DNA from: an uncultured bacterium | GTDB taxonomy: Bacteria > JAGOEH01 > CAYLKS01 | DNA: 64,000 nt | Direction of reading: 5' to 3' | NCBI GenBank assembly: GCA_964384205.1 | Contig: CAYLKS010000005.1 | Location: forward strand, 3,567 to 67,566 | Part shown: positions 50,991 to 62,900 of the stretch, piece after piece | How the letters are laid out: every line of letters starts with the position of its first letter | How positions within the stretch are numbered: the first letter of the stretch is position 1 | Position numbers and translations under genes: made by a program | The notes under the pieces: model-generated | The model's database searches: none | Seen by the model: only the letters and a program-made list of their open reading frames with translations | Told to the model about the DNA's origin: nothing

Positions 50991-52980
50991 ATTTAAATTA
51001 GTTTCAAATTTTGATGTAGTACCAGCACAAAAAGAAGCAATAGAAGAATTATTGCAAAGTATAAAAAAAGGGAATAAATACCAAACTTTATTAGGTGTTA
51101 CAGGGTGCGGGAAAACATTTGTAATGGCAAATATTATTGAACAGATTAACAAGCCTGCATTAGTTATTGCTCATAACAAATCATTGGCTGCGCAATTATA
51201 TAATGAATTTAAAATGTTTTTCCCTAATAATGCTGTTGAATATTTTATTAGTTACTACGATTATTATCAACCAGAGGCATACGTCCCATCAACAGACACT
51301 TATATAGAAAAAGATACTAGTATTAATGATGAAATTGAGAGGCTAAGGCTAAAAGCAACAAGTTCACTAATGGAAAGAAGAGATGTTATAATAATCGCAA
51401 GTGTATCATGTATTTATGGACTTGGCTCACCAGAAGATTACAAAAAATCAACATTTTTTATACAAACTGGTAAAGAATATCCAAGAAGAAAACTTTTACA
51501 AAAATTAATTAATATGTATTATGATCGAAATGACACTGCTCCTCAAAGAGGAACCTTTAGAGTTAGAGGTGATTCAATAGAAATTTATCCCGCATATGAA
51601 AAATGGGGACTAAGGCTAAATTTCTGGGGTGATGAATTAGAAGAAATAGAATTTATAGATCCACTAACAGGCAAGGCATTTGAAACTGTTAGCTCCTTTA
51701 TATTATATCCTGCAAAACATTTTATTACATCAGAAGAAAGGTTATCAAGAGCAATTAAATCTATAAAAGAAGAACTGCAAGAAGTTATAACAAAATTTAA
51801 AAAAGAAAATAAATTAGTGGAAGCTCAGAGAATTGAACAAAGGACATTATACGATATTGAAATGATACAAGAGGTTGGCTATTGTACTGGTATAGAAAAC
51901 TATTCACGGCATTTAAGTGGTAGAGAACCTGGCAGCAGGCCATATACATTAATAGATTTTTTCCCTGAAGATTTCATTACCTTTATAGATGAAAGCCATG
52001 TTACAATTCCACAAATAAGAGGAATGTATGCTGGCGATAGAAGTAGAAAAGAAGTATTAGTTAAATACGGATTTCGCTTACCATCAGCATTAGATAACAG
52101 GCCTATGTTCTTCGAAGAATTTGAAAAATCAATGAATCAGGTGGTTTTTGTATCAGCAACTCCTGGACCTTATGAACTGCAAAAGTCAGGGGAAAATATT
52201 ATTGAATTACTAATCAGGCCTACAGGACTAATAGATCCTGAAATAGAAATTCATCCTGCAAAAAATCAAGTAGATCATTTTATCTCTATAGCAAGAGAGG
52301 TAACAAATAAAGGAGAACGAATTCTTGCAACGACTTTAACTAAAAAAATGGCAGAAGATTTAACAACATATTTAATGGAAATGGGGTTTAAAACTCAATA
52401 TTTACATTCAGAAATAGATGCTTTAGAAAGAGTTGAAATACTAAGAAATTTAAGAAGGGGCGATTTTGATATCTTGGTGGGGATCAATTTATTAAGAGAA
52501 GGTTTAGACTTACCAGAAGTCAGTCTTGTTGCTATATTTGATGCAGATAAAGAAGGTTTTCTGAGAAGCCAAACTTCCTTGATACAAACAATGGGAAGGG
52601 CAGCAAGGCATATAAATGGCAAAGTTATTCTTTACGCAGATAAAATAACAGATTCTATAAAAAAAGTTATAAATGAAGTAAATAGAAGAAGAAAAATCCA
52701 GCTCGAATATAATAAGAAATATAATATAACTCCTAAAAGTGTAAAACGAAGCATAGATGAATCTTTGAAGATCCCTGATAATTTCTCAGAAGATGCTCTC
52801 AAAGAACTACTAAAGAAAAAAAGTTCTAAGCTAAAAACATTAAACGAAATTGAAAATACCATTGAAATATTAAAAAAACAAATGAATACTTTTGCCGATA
52901 ATTTAGAATTTGAAAAAGCTGCTATAATAAGAGATGAAATAAAAAGATTAATATCGCTAACAAAAAACAAAAAAATATAA
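50983..52980 (+). CDS. uvrB: excinuclease ABC subunit B
   Basis: 665 aa with helicase motifs (GVTGCGKT, DESH), a beta-hairpin and a C-terminal UvrC-interaction domain. Confidence 0.95.
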   Translation: MNKFKLVSNFDVVPAQKEAIEELLQSIKKGNKYQTLLGVTGCGKTFVMANIIEQINKPALVIAHNKSLAAQLYNEFKMFFPNNAVEYFISYYDYYQPEAYVPSTDTYIEKDTSINDEIERLRLKATSSLMERRDVIIIASVSCIYGLGSPEDYKKSTFFIQTGKEYPRRKLLQKLINMYYDRNDTAPQRGTFRVRGDSIEIYPAYEKWGLRLNFWGDELEEIEFIDPLTGKAFETVSSFILYPAKHFITSEERLSRAIKSIKEELQEVITKFKKENKLVEAQRIEQRTLYDIEMIQEVGYCTGIENYSRHLSGREPGSRPYTLIDFFPEDFITFIDESHVTIPQIRGMYAGDRSRKEVLVKYGFRLPSALDNRPMFFEEFEKSMNQVVFVSATPGPYELQKSGENIIELLIRPTGLIDPEIEIHPAKNQVDHFISIAREVTNKGERILATTLTKKMAEDLTTYLMEMGFKTQYLHSEIDALERVEILRNLRRGDFDILVGINLLREGLDLPEVSLVAIFDADKEGFLRSQTSLIQTMGRAARHINGKVILYADKITDSIKKVINEVNRRRKIQLEYNKKYNITPKSVKRSIDESLKIPDNFSEDALKELLKKKSSKLKTLNEIENTIEILKKQMNTFADNLEFEKAAIIRDEIKRLISLTKNKKI

Positions 52981-53058
52981 TTATATATAAATACCATTTT
53001 TTTATTTGACAAAATGTAATAATAATACTATATTATATTGCAAAAAATGAGGTAAATT

Positions 53059-53967
53059 ATGAATAATATACCAAAAATATTATTAATTGATGATAATGAA
53101 ATTGATCTAAAATTATTAGCCAATATATTTAAAGAATACTATGAAATTCATGTCGCAAAAAATGCTAAACAAGCTTTTTCTATTTTACAAACAATCATTC
53201 CTGATTTAATTATACTTGATATAATTATACCTGAAATGGATGGATTTGAAATTCTAAAAAAAATTAGAAATGAAGAAAAAACAAAAAATATTCCCGTTGT
53301 AATTGTTACAGCAAAAACAAGTTCAGAAGATCAGGTAAAAGGATTTAAATATGGTGCAACAGATTATATTACAAAACCATTTAATATTCAGATAATAGAA
53401 CTAAGGGTGAAAAATCTAATAAGTCTTAAAAGAAGAACTGATCTTTTAGAAAAAATGGCACTGATAGATGGATTAACTGAAATACCGAATAGAAGAAGAT
53501 TCGATGAACAAATTAAAATTGAATGGAACAGACATTTAAGACATAAAGAACCACTATCACTAATAATGGTAGATATTGATGATTTTAAAACTTATAATGA
53601 TAATTACGGACATTTAGCTGGTGATTATTGTTTAAAAAAAATATCCAGTATATTAAAAAATTCTCTAAAAAGATCTGCTGATTTTATAGCACGCTATGGC
53701 GGAGAAGAGTTTTGTATAATTCTACCTAACACTGATCATAATGGTGCTCTTGCTATTGCAAATAATATGAAAAAAAATATTAATAATGCGAAAATTGAAC
53801 ATAAATTTTCACCCACAATACCATATGTTACATTAAGTTTTGGCTTAACAACAACCATGCCGGATAAAAATAAAGATCATCTTACCTTTATAAAACTTGC
53901 CGATAAAATGCTATATAAATCAAAATCCCAGGGCAAAAATACCATTAATTCTATAATTTATGAATAG
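53059..53967 (+). CDS. response regulator with a GGDEF domain (diguanylate cyclase, PleD-like)
   Basis: 302 aa with a receiver domain (ILLIDDNEIDL...LIILDIIIPEMDGFEIL) and a GGDEF domain with an active GGEEF site (RYGGEEF) and an upstream RxxD-like region. Confidence 0.85.
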   Translation: MNNIPKILLIDDNEIDLKLLANIFKEYYEIHVAKNAKQAFSILQTIIPDLIILDIIIPEMDGFEILKKIRNEEKTKNIPVVIVTAKTSSEDQVKGFKYGATDYITKPFNIQIIELRVKNLISLKRRTDLLEKMALIDGLTEIPNRRRFDEQIKIEWNRHLRHKEPLSLIMVDIDDFKTYNDNYGHLAGDYCLKKISSILKNSLKRSADFIARYGGEEFCIILPNTDHNGALAIANNMKKNINNAKIEHKFSPTIPYVTLSFGLTTTMPDKNKDHLTFIKLADKMLYKSKSQGKNTINSIIYE

Positions 53968-56900
53968 TAACCTCTTTAGTAAAATAAAATTCTATATAAA
54001 TAATTTATCAATAAGAAAAAAAATATTCCTGGCTTTTTCTATTTCTATTTTAATAGTAATTATTATGTTTGAACTTTTGTTATATTCATTTATAACTAAT
54101 ATAATAACAAAACATATAAAAAAACAATTAGATGAAACTTCATATTTATTATTAAATTCTGTCAGAACAAGTATAGAGCTAAGCATAGGAAACTATTTAA
54201 AAGCTTACAGTAAAATGCTTACTTCGAATTCTCAAAAAGAATCTGATACAGATATAATAAGATATTTTATATACGATACTCTGGCAATCAAAATCAAAAA
54301 TCCAAAAAAATGGGATAACATATTTCTAAAATCAATAAAAGATAGTATAAATTCAAATAAATCTTTCTTTAAAAAACAAATCAAGAAAAATTATTTCTAT
54401 TTTTATGTAACTAAAAAAGAAAATCAATATATCATCCTATACATGAATACTAAAAATTGTTTAAAAATGATCAATTTTCAAGAGTTAAAAAACTTAATAA
54501 AATCAATCAAATTGGGAAAAACAGGCTATCCTTACGTTATAAATAGCAAAGGAACTCTTATAATACATCCTAAATTAGAAGGTGAAAATATATATAATGC
54601 TGTCGATGAAAATGGTTTTATGTTTGTAAAAGAAATATGCACAAAAAAAGATGGAGAAATTGTTTATAAATGGAAAAATCCAGGTGAACAATATAAAAGA
54701 AAAAAAATTGCTATATTTCATTACCTTCCAGAATTAGACTGGATAATAGCATCTTCTGGATATTTTAACGAATTTTATTCTCCTGTAGAAAAAATATCAA
54801 TAATAATGATTATATTTCTTTTAGTGAATTTTTTGGTCATTTTTATAATTTCATTGATATTAAGCAACTACTTTTCCAGACCAATAAAAACACTCATTCA
54901 AACATTACAAAAAACGCATGATGAAGATTTTAATCAATACTGCAACATTGAATCTCAGGATGAATTCGGACAACTGGCAAATTATTTTAATATATTTATA
55001 GAATCAATTTCAAATTTTACAAAAAATTTAAAAAAATCTGAAGCTCAATATAGAACTATATTTGAAAATTCTCTGGTAGGTATATTTCAGATAACTCTTG
55101 ATGGTAAATTCAATATTATCAATAACGCTTTTGTAAAAATATTCGGATACAACTCAATTGATGATTTCAAAAAACATGTAAAAACATTTAAAGAATTACT
55201 AAAAAATAAAGAAGATTTCTATAAATTATTAGAAGAAATAAAACAAGAAAAACAGATATCCGGACAGGAACTTATACTAAAAAGTAAAAGTAATACAGAA
55301 ATCTATATTGAAATATATTGTAGCCTGACAAAATACTTCGATACTTATGAAATTATAGAAGGCTTTATACATGATATTACTGTAACTAAAATAGCTTTTA
55401 AGGCATTGGAAGAAAGTGAAAGAGTATTCAAAATTATATTTCAATCATCTCCTATCGGTATGGTATTAACAGATGAAAATTTCAATATCCAAACATTTAA
55501 TAGCACATTCACAAAAATTTTTAAATTTAAAAATATACATAATATTAAGAAAATAAATATTAAAAAACTACTCAAAATAAATGATATAAAAAATGAATTA
55601 ACAAGTATAACTAAAGAAGTCACTTTAGATAACGAGTTATCAGGCAACAATGAAACTCTTTATTTAGATATAATAATACAACCTTTATTCGATTATAAAC
55701 TCAAAAAAAATAATACCTATTTAATCATAATAAATGATATTACTCCAAAAAAATTAATCGAAAAAAAAGAACAAGAGGTACAAGCCTTAAAATATGAATC
55801 TAAGGCAAAAAGTCAATTCATTTCCACAGTAAGCCACGAACTACGAACTCCTCTAAACACAATACTGGGATCATTATATATAATAGAAAAAACAAATTTA
55901 GACCATAAACAATTACTTCTATTTAAAAGAATAGAAGTAGCGGCCAAATTACTACTTGGAATTATCAATGATATTTTAGAATTATATAAAATAGATTATT
56001 CCTCAATAGAATTGTCAAATATCGACTTTTCTCTTATCGATATACTAAATAATATAAGAACATTTTTCTATGATGAATTAAACAAAAAAAAATTAAATTT
56101 TATAATATCAATCAAAGAAAATACTCCTGTATATTTCAAAGGAGACCCTTTAAGAATTCAACAAATTCTTATTAATCTTATAAAAAATTCTATAAAATTC
56201 ACAGAAAAAGGCTCTATAAAAATAGAAATCTATGAAAGAAAAAACTACCAGCAGGATAATAATAAGCATAACATAATATTTAAAGTTATAGACTCAGGAA
56301 AAGGTATAAGTAAAGATATGATAAAAAATATATTTGATGAATTCTCAAGAGAAAACAATTATATAGAAGGTCTTGGATTAGGCCTATCTATTGTAAAAAA
56401 ATTAATAGACATAATGAATGGAAATATAGAAATAACATCACAACCGAATATAGGAACAGAAGTCAAATTTACTATTCCATTAGAAGAATCCTATAAAACA
56501 GCAATTACCATCGAAAAAATAAAAAAAGAATTATCACAACTAACTATGATAGTCTTAAGTGATAATATAGAAAGTTTTCAATTCTTTAAGAAGATAAAAA
56601 AACAATATAAAAATGAAAATATTATAATAGCCAATAATGAAACAGATTTTATAAAAATTTTAAATAAAAATATTGATCCTGATATTGTAATCATAGACAT
56701 TAATAAGCATATAATAAAACAAAACAAAATTTTAAATAATATAGAAAAACTATCTTCATCTAAAAAGCCATTTATTATCTCTATAGGAAATATGGGAGAT
56801 CAACTTATTCTAAATACAATCAAAACATCATATATAGACGCTATAATTTCCCGACCAATTAATGAATTAACACTTTTTAATATATTCTTATTTCATTTAG

Positions 56901-57934
56901 ATATGTCAGTAGAGGAAGACTATAAAATATATGATAATATAAAATACGAATACTCAAAACTAAAAAATTTAAAATGTCTTATAGTAGATGATAATGAAAT
57001 AAATTTAGAAATATTAAATGAACTTTTAGCAGAACTTAATATAAAAACAGAAACTATAAATTCCAGTAAAAAAGCTATTCAAAAAATAGAAAAAAAACAT
57101 GACTATTACGATTTTATTTTGATGGATATTAATATGCCAGAAATAAATGGAATAGAATTATTGAATAAAATACGCAACTTCGAAAAAAACAATAATTTAC
57201 AAGATATACCAATATTTGCACTAACTGCATATCCAGATAAAGAATATAATTTTATTAATATTGGATTCGTTGATATAATTCCAAAACCAATAAGTCCTGA
57301 AATATTATATAATAAAATACTAAATTATTTTGTAAAAGATAAAATATATATTTTACCTGATGAATTCGATAATACTAAAACAAATAAAATGAATATCCAA
57401 TATGGTTTAAAAAATACAAATAATAATATAAATCTTTATATAAATTTAGTACAAAAATTAATTTCTAACTATAATGAATCTAAAAAGAAAACTTCTAATT
57501 ATCTCAATAAAAAAAAGAAACAAAAATTACATAATATTTTTCATATGCTCAAAGGAACCTCATCTAATCTGGGACTTTTTAATATAAGTTCATTATGTAA
57601 TAGTATAATAGACTATATTAAAAATGAACAATATAACAAAATAAAAGATATCTATGAACAAATAAACCAAGAAATATCATATGTGGAAACACAAATAAAC
57701 ACTATGCAAACTACAAATACTTCAATAATAAAATCCACTGAAAATATATCTTCCTCATATGAAAAATTATTAGAATATCTTAAAAGCGGCAATATAAAAG
57801 CAGTGAATCATTTCAATATACTAAAAAATTATTTAGAAAAAAATTACAATATAGATATTAAAAGAATACAACAACTAATAGATAATTTTGATTTTGAAGA
57901 TGCATATTTATATCTAAAAAACATAATAAAATAA
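53960..57934 (+). CDS. hybrid sensor histidine kinase: TM-dCache-TM-HAMP-PAS-PAS-HisKA-HATPase-(degenerate REC)-REC-HPt
   Basis: 1324 aa with two TM segments flanking a ~250-aa periplasmic Cache-like domain, PAS regions, an H-box SHELRTPLN, an ATPase G-box GLGLSIVKKL, a receiver (CLIVDDNEINLEILNELL...ILMDINMPEINGIEL) and a C-terminal HPt (HMLKGTSSNLG). Its start overlaps the GGDEF gene by 8 nt. Confidence 0.85.
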   Translation: MNSNLFSKIKFYINNLSIRKKIFLAFSISILIVIIMFELLLYSFITNIITKHIKKQLDETSYLLLNSVRTSIELSIGNYLKAYSKMLTSNSQKESDTDIIRYFIYDTLAIKIKNPKKWDNIFLKSIKDSINSNKSFFKKQIKKNYFYFYVTKKENQYIILYMNTKNCLKMINFQELKNLIKSIKLGKTGYPYVINSKGTLIIHPKLEGENIYNAVDENGFMFVKEICTKKDGEIVYKWKNPGEQYKRKKIAIFHYLPELDWIIASSGYFNEFYSPVEKISIIMIIFLLVNFLVIFIISLILSNYFSRPIKTLIQTLQKTHDEDFNQYCNIESQDEFGQLANYFNIFIESISNFTKNLKKSEAQYRTIFENSLVGIFQITLDGKFNIINNAFVKIFGYNSIDDFKKHVKTFKELLKNKEDFYKLLEEIKQEKQISGQELILKSKSNTEIYIEIYCSLTKYFDTYEIIEGFIHDITVTKIAFKALEESERVFKIIFQSSPIGMVLTDENFNIQTFNSTFTKIFKFKNIHNIKKINIKKLLKINDIKNELTSITKEVTLDNELSGNNETLYLDIIIQPLFDYKLKKNNTYLIIINDITPKKLIEKKEQEVQALKYESKAKSQFISTVSHELRTPLNTILGSLYIIEKTNLDHKQLLLFKRIEVAAKLLLGIINDILELYKIDYSSIELSNIDFSLIDILNNIRTFFYDELNKKKLNFIISIKENTPVYFKGDPLRIQQILINLIKNSIKFTEKGSIKIEIYERKNYQQDNNKHNIIFKVIDSGKGISKDMIKNIFDEFSRENNYIEGLGLGLSIVKKLIDIMNGNIEITSQPNIGTEVKFTIPLEESYKTAITIEKIKKELSQLTMIVLSDNIESFQFFKKIKKQYKNENIIIANNETDFIKILNKNIDPDIVIIDINKHIIKQNKILNNIEKLSSSKKPFIISIGNMGDQLILNTIKTSYIDAIISRPINELTLFNIFLFHLDMSVEEDYKIYDNIKYEYSKLKNLKCLIVDDNEINLEILNELLAELNIKTETINSSKKAIQKIEKKHDYYDFILMDINMPEINGIELLNKIRNFEKNNNLQDIPIFALTAYPDKEYNFINIGFVDIIPKPISPEILYNKILNYFVKDKIYILPDEFDNTKTNKMNIQYGLKNTNNNINLYINLVQKLISNYNESKKKTSNYLNKKKKQKLHNIFHMLKGTSSNLGLFNISSLCNSIIDYIKNEQYNKIKDIYEQINQEISYVETQINTMQTTNTSIIKSTENISSSYEKLLEYLKSGNIKAVNHFNILKNYLEKNYNIDIKRIQQLIDNFDFEDAYLYLKNIIK

Positions 57935-58272
57935 TTATAAAAATATTGTCTATTTTTTAGTTAAATTTTATAACAAGTATCTAATATGAATAAGAGGGGT
58001 ATAAAAAGGTAAACATAATATGATTTTGCTTTATAACCATACAATAAAACTATATTGAAATATTTGCCAATATAAGAATATACAACAGAAAAACTAAAAT
58101 TTGCTATCTTTTATATAAAGCTGGATTGATTTATATTCTCATAAAAATTTATTTGTAGTTTCAATTATCTTTATAAGAAAAAATTTTCTGAAAGAATACA
58201 ATATTAGTTTTTTACACAATTAACAATACATTTCACTTGATTTTCAAACATTAGTTAGCTATATTTTACCAT

Positions 58273-59271
58273 ATGAAAAAATTCAAAAAAATAAGCCTAA
58301 TCTCTATTATTTTTATAATAATTTTTGGAGTAGGCAGTTTTTTATTATATAATGAAATTACAATTATTGTAATTTCAAAACAATTTCATAATGAAAATAA
58401 ATACAAAACAGCTAAAGCAATTTTTGATTATACAAGACTAAATATACCTTTTGCAAAATTCACATTTGGGCCTATATATGATAATATTTTAGGACCAATA
58501 GAAAGAACCAGCGGTTATTGTGATCAACAATCAAATTTTTTTGTCCAAATATGTGAAGCATCAAACATTAATGCGAGAATGCTAATGTTAAATTGCTGGG
58601 ATAGCATATCTTGCCATACTTTAGCTGAAGTTAAAATCAAAAACAAATGGATTCTATTTGATCTCACATACGGATATATCTTTAAATATCATAACAAACT
58701 TCTATCTAAAGATGAACTATATAATTATAAATTCTTATTGGATAGTATTTATTTTTCTTATTATAAACCTAAATTTTATACTACAGGTAAAGTAGAATAT
58801 CTTTCTTATAAAAGAAAAATTGTTTACAACATTCTCAATTTTCTATACCCAATTTTCTCAAATTTTAGAAATATCTATCAAGATATTTATCTTTTCTTTA
58901 GTACTCTAAATCAACAAAAAAATGAAAAACTCTTTAAGATTGCCCGACATTATCAATTATATAATCGATTTGATAAGGCTATAATTTACTACAAAAAATT
59001 GCAAAAAATCAAAAACTATAAATATAACGATAGAACGCTTTATTTACTATCACTAATATACATCAAGCAAAATAAAATAGAATTAGCAAAAAAGACATTA
59101 ATAAACTTAGTCAGTAAATATCCAAACTCATCTATAAAGGATATAGCATATTATTTATTATATTTATACTCAAAAAATAAAGATGAAAAAAACAACTTTT
59201 TATCTAAATCAAACTATTTTGATGCCCTTCTTATCAAGGATAAAAATTTCTCTCAATTTTTTAAAAGATAA
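58273..59271 (+). CDS. membrane-anchored transglutaminase-like cysteine protease domain protein with C-terminal TPR-like repeats
   Basis: 332 aa with an N-terminal TM segment, a putative Cys-His-Asp triad (GYCDQQSNFF ... CHTLAEV ... FDLTYG) and C-terminal TPR-like helices. Confidence 0.55.
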   Translation: MKKFKKISLISIIFIIIFGVGSFLLYNEITIIVISKQFHNENKYKTAKAIFDYTRLNIPFAKFTFGPIYDNILGPIERTSGYCDQQSNFFVQICEASNINARMLMLNCWDSISCHTLAEVKIKNKWILFDLTYGYIFKYHNKLLSKDELYNYKFLLDSIYFSYYKPKFYTTGKVEYLSYKRKIVYNILNFLYPIFSNFRNIYQDIYLFFSTLNQQKNEKLFKIARHYQLYNRFDKAIIYYKKLQKIKNYKYNDRTLYLLSLIYIKQNKIELAKKTLINLVSKYPNSSIKDIAYYLLYLYSKNKDEKNNFLSKSNYFDALLIKDKNFSQFFKR

Positions 59272-59656
59272 ACTATCAAAATTCGCCTTGATATGTTATA
59301 TTATATCAAAAAATGCTAATTTTTTATATAAAAAAAAATATACAAAAGCTAAATATTATCACAATAATTCAGAAACATAGTTACAGCTTAAAAATAATAG
59401 CCTACATCTGACGATTCTTTATCCCTCTAAAAAATAAAATAAAGTCTTTTACTATTGAATCTGTGATAATAGAAATAAAAAATTTTTGCCCTACAAATAA
59501 AACATTATAATATCCACACTATGATAAAGTATATTTTAAAAATATGCTATAATTTGTCCCCATTTATAATAAACAATAATCCTATGATTTTCTAACTAAT
59601 TATAAAAAAATCTCTCAGAAGGATATTATATATCTTATTTTCCCATATATCTATTA

Positions 59657-59696
59657 AAAAAAATATTGACTTTTTGAATCAATTTTATTAATATAA
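59657..59696 (+). promoter_or_regulatory. tRNA-His promoter (TTGACT-17-TAATAT) with its -10 flanked by an 11-bp inverted repeat
   Basis: TTGACT at 59657-59662 and TAATAT at 59680-59685. GAATCAATTTT (59667-59677) and AAAATTGATTC (59686-59696) form a perfect inverted repeat around the -10 and the transcription start. Confidence 0.45.
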
Positions 59697-59707
59697 AATT
59701 GATTCGT

Positions 59708-59782
59708 GGTGGGTATAGCTCAGCTGGTTAGAGTGCCAGATTGTGGCTCTGGTGGTCATGGGTTCAAATCCCATTACCCACC
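59708..59782 (+). tRNA. tRNA-His (anticodon GTG) with an encoded G-1
   Basis: G-1 followed by acceptor GTGGGTA/TACCCAC and discriminator C; anticodon stem CCAGA/TCTGG with loop TTGTGGC; T-arm ATGGGTTCAAATCCCAT. A T-run follows the gene. Confidence 0.85.
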
Positions 59783-59987
59783 CTTTTTTTATTTATAAAA
59801 TTCCCTGCTAAAATTTTTTAATAGATTAAAAATAAAAAAGTATTGATAAAATATTTATTTATTCATTTTAAAATGTATCCAGCTATGATTAAATATTTCT
59901 CAAAATATTGATATTTAACAATAAAATTATTTTCATAACCACCTCATTACATAAAATTTATTTATAAAAAAACACTTATTTTAATAC

Positions 59988-62900
59988 CTACATTACATAT
60001 TCCTGCCAGTTTTTAATTTTCAGATTTTTATATTTTTGAAAATAAATAGATTCTATAAATCTTTTACCAAATTGCAAATTAGTAATCAATGGAACATTAT
60101 AATCAACTGCTGTACGTCTTATTATATAATCATTATCAAGTTCTTCTTTTTCATAATTTTTAGGAATATTGATAACAAGATCTATTTTACCATTTGTCAA
60201 GTAAGTTAAAACATTAGGCTCTTTTTTATCAAGTGGCCAATGCAAGATTTCGACATCTATTCCATTTTGTTTTAAAAAATCAGCTGTACCACATGTAGCA
60301 TAAATTTTAAATCCCAATTCTTGAATTAATTTTGAACTCTCCAGAAACATTGCTTTACTTTCTAAAGGACCTGTAGACAATAAAACTGCTTTTTTCGGAA
60401 TAGTATAACCTACAGAGATTAAACTCTTCAGAAAAGCCTCATAAAAATCATCTCCAATACAACCTACTTCACCGGTAGATGCCATTTCAACACCAATAAT
60501 AGGATCAGACCCCTTTAATCTTTTAAAAGAAAATTGAGGTGCCTTAACTCCTACAAAATCAATATCAAACAATGAAAAATTTATATCTCCTACATTGTAA
60601 CCCACCATTAATTTTGTAGCAACATCAATAAAATTTATCTTTGCAATCTTTGACACAAAAGGAAATGAACGAGATGCTCTTAAATTACACTCAATAACCT
60701 TAATATAATTATCTTTTGCAATAAATTGAATATTAAACGGGCCAGTAATGCTTAATGAGCTGGCAATTTTTTTGGTAATTTTCCTGATCCTTTTTATTGT
60801 TTCAAAATAAAGTCTCTGTGGTGGGAAAACAATTGTAGCATCTCCCGAATGTACTCCAGCGTTCTCTACATGTTCAGATATCGCATAAAGTTTTAATTCC
60901 CCATTTTCAGCAACCGCATCAACTTCTATTTCCTTTGCCCCAGTAATAAACTTACTAATAACAACAGGATGTTCACTTGAAATATCAGAAGCTTTTTTCA
61001 GGTACTCTATTAATTCATTTTCATTTAAGGCAATACTCATAGCAGCACCACTTAAAACATAACTTGGTCTAATTAATACAGGATAACCTACCCTTCTGGC
61101 AAACTCTTTTGCAGCCTCAAGGTTAGACAATTCCTGCCACTCTGGCTGGTCAATCCCTAAATCATCAAGCATTTTAGAAAATTTATGCCTATCTTCTGCT
61201 CTATCCACAGATTCTGCTGGGGTGCCCAGAATATTCACTCCACTCTTACTTAATGGAATAGCAAGATTATTCGCAGTTTGGCCTCCCATTGAAATAATAA
61301 TTCCTTTAGGAATTTCTAACTCATATATATCCATAACTCGCTCATAAGTCAATTCCTCAAAATATAATTTATGGGCAATATCATAATCAGTACTTACTGT
61401 CTCAGGATTACAATTTATAATAATAGATTTATAACCAAGCTCATTTAATGTAAAAATGGAACTTACAGAACACCAATCAAATTCCACAGAGGAACCAATC
61501 CTATAAGGACCACCTCCAAGTACTATAACCTGATTTCTTTTATTATTTGAAATATCATGAAAAGAAGCATTATATGTCATATATAAATAATTTGTATTTG
61601 CTGGAACCTCTCCCGCCAATGTATCAATCTGCTTTACATAAGGGATAATTCCTAATTTTTTTCTTTTTTCTCTTACCTCTATCTCATTATTGTCAATCAA
61701 GTTTGCAATTTGTTTATCAGAAAATCCTTTCCTCTTTAATTCTAATAAAATATCAAAATTCAAATCTTCTATTGTTTTATTTTCGATATATTTCTCCAAA
61801 GAAACAATATTATTTATCTTATTTATAAACCAACTATTAATTTTTGTTAATTCACATATTTTATCAACAGAATAACCATTTTTTAATGCCTTTGCAATAG
61901 CAAAAATTCTCTTATCCGTTGGATTCTGAAGTTCATTATCAATATCATCAAAATCAAATACATCAGATTGTAATCCAGCCACACCAATATCTAACATCCT
62001 TATAGATTTTTGAATAGCCTCTTCAAAGCTCCTACCAATTGCCATAACTTCACCAACAGATTTCATCTCAGAACCTAAGACATTTGAAACTCTTTTAAAT
62101 TTCTGCAAATCCCATCTCGGAAATTTTACAACAACATAATCTAAAGCCGGTTCAAAAAAAGCAGAAGTTTTCTTAGTAACTGAATTTTTTATATTCTCAA
62201 GATTATATCCTAATCCTAATTTTGCAGCAACAAATGCCAGAGGATATCCAGTTGCTTTTGAAGCCAAAGCAGAACTTCTCGACAACCTCGCATTCACTTC
62301 AATAATTCTATAATCATCAGAATGAACATCATAAGCATACTGAATATTGCATTCTCCAACAATACCAAGACTTCTTATTGTTTTAATTGCTATAGATCTG
62401 AGCTTAAAATACTCCTCTGCATATAATGTCTGAATAGGAGCAACGACAATACTTTCTCCCGTATGAATCCCCATAGGATCAAAATTTTCCATCGAACATA
62501 CAGTAATGCAATTATCATCTTTATCTCTAACAACTTCAAATTCAATCTCCTTCCAGCCTTCTAAATATTCTTCAACAAGAATTTGTTTACTGGAAGCAAA
62601 TGCCTTTTTCACCATACTAATAAATTCTTCCATATTTGCAACAACACCTGAACCCAACCCACCAAGAGCAAATGCAACCCTCACCATAACAGGAAAGCCA
62701 ATCTTCTCCGCTGCTGCAATAGCATCATCTAAATTGTCAACAGCATAACTATTAGGATACTTTAATCCAAGACCATCTAAATGCTTTTTAAATAACTCCC
62801 TATCTTCGGTTATTTCAATAGATTTAATTGGAGTTCCCAGAACTTCTACATTATATTTATCTAAAATACCTTTTTTATATAAACTAACACCTACATTTAA

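Noticed and set aside
59183-59380. 65-aa ORF overlapping the 3' end of the transglutaminase-like gene and extending into the tRNA-His upstream region.
   Set aside because: It is out of frame within a supported CDS, has no ribosome-binding site, and its translation is low-complexity. It is likely spurious.
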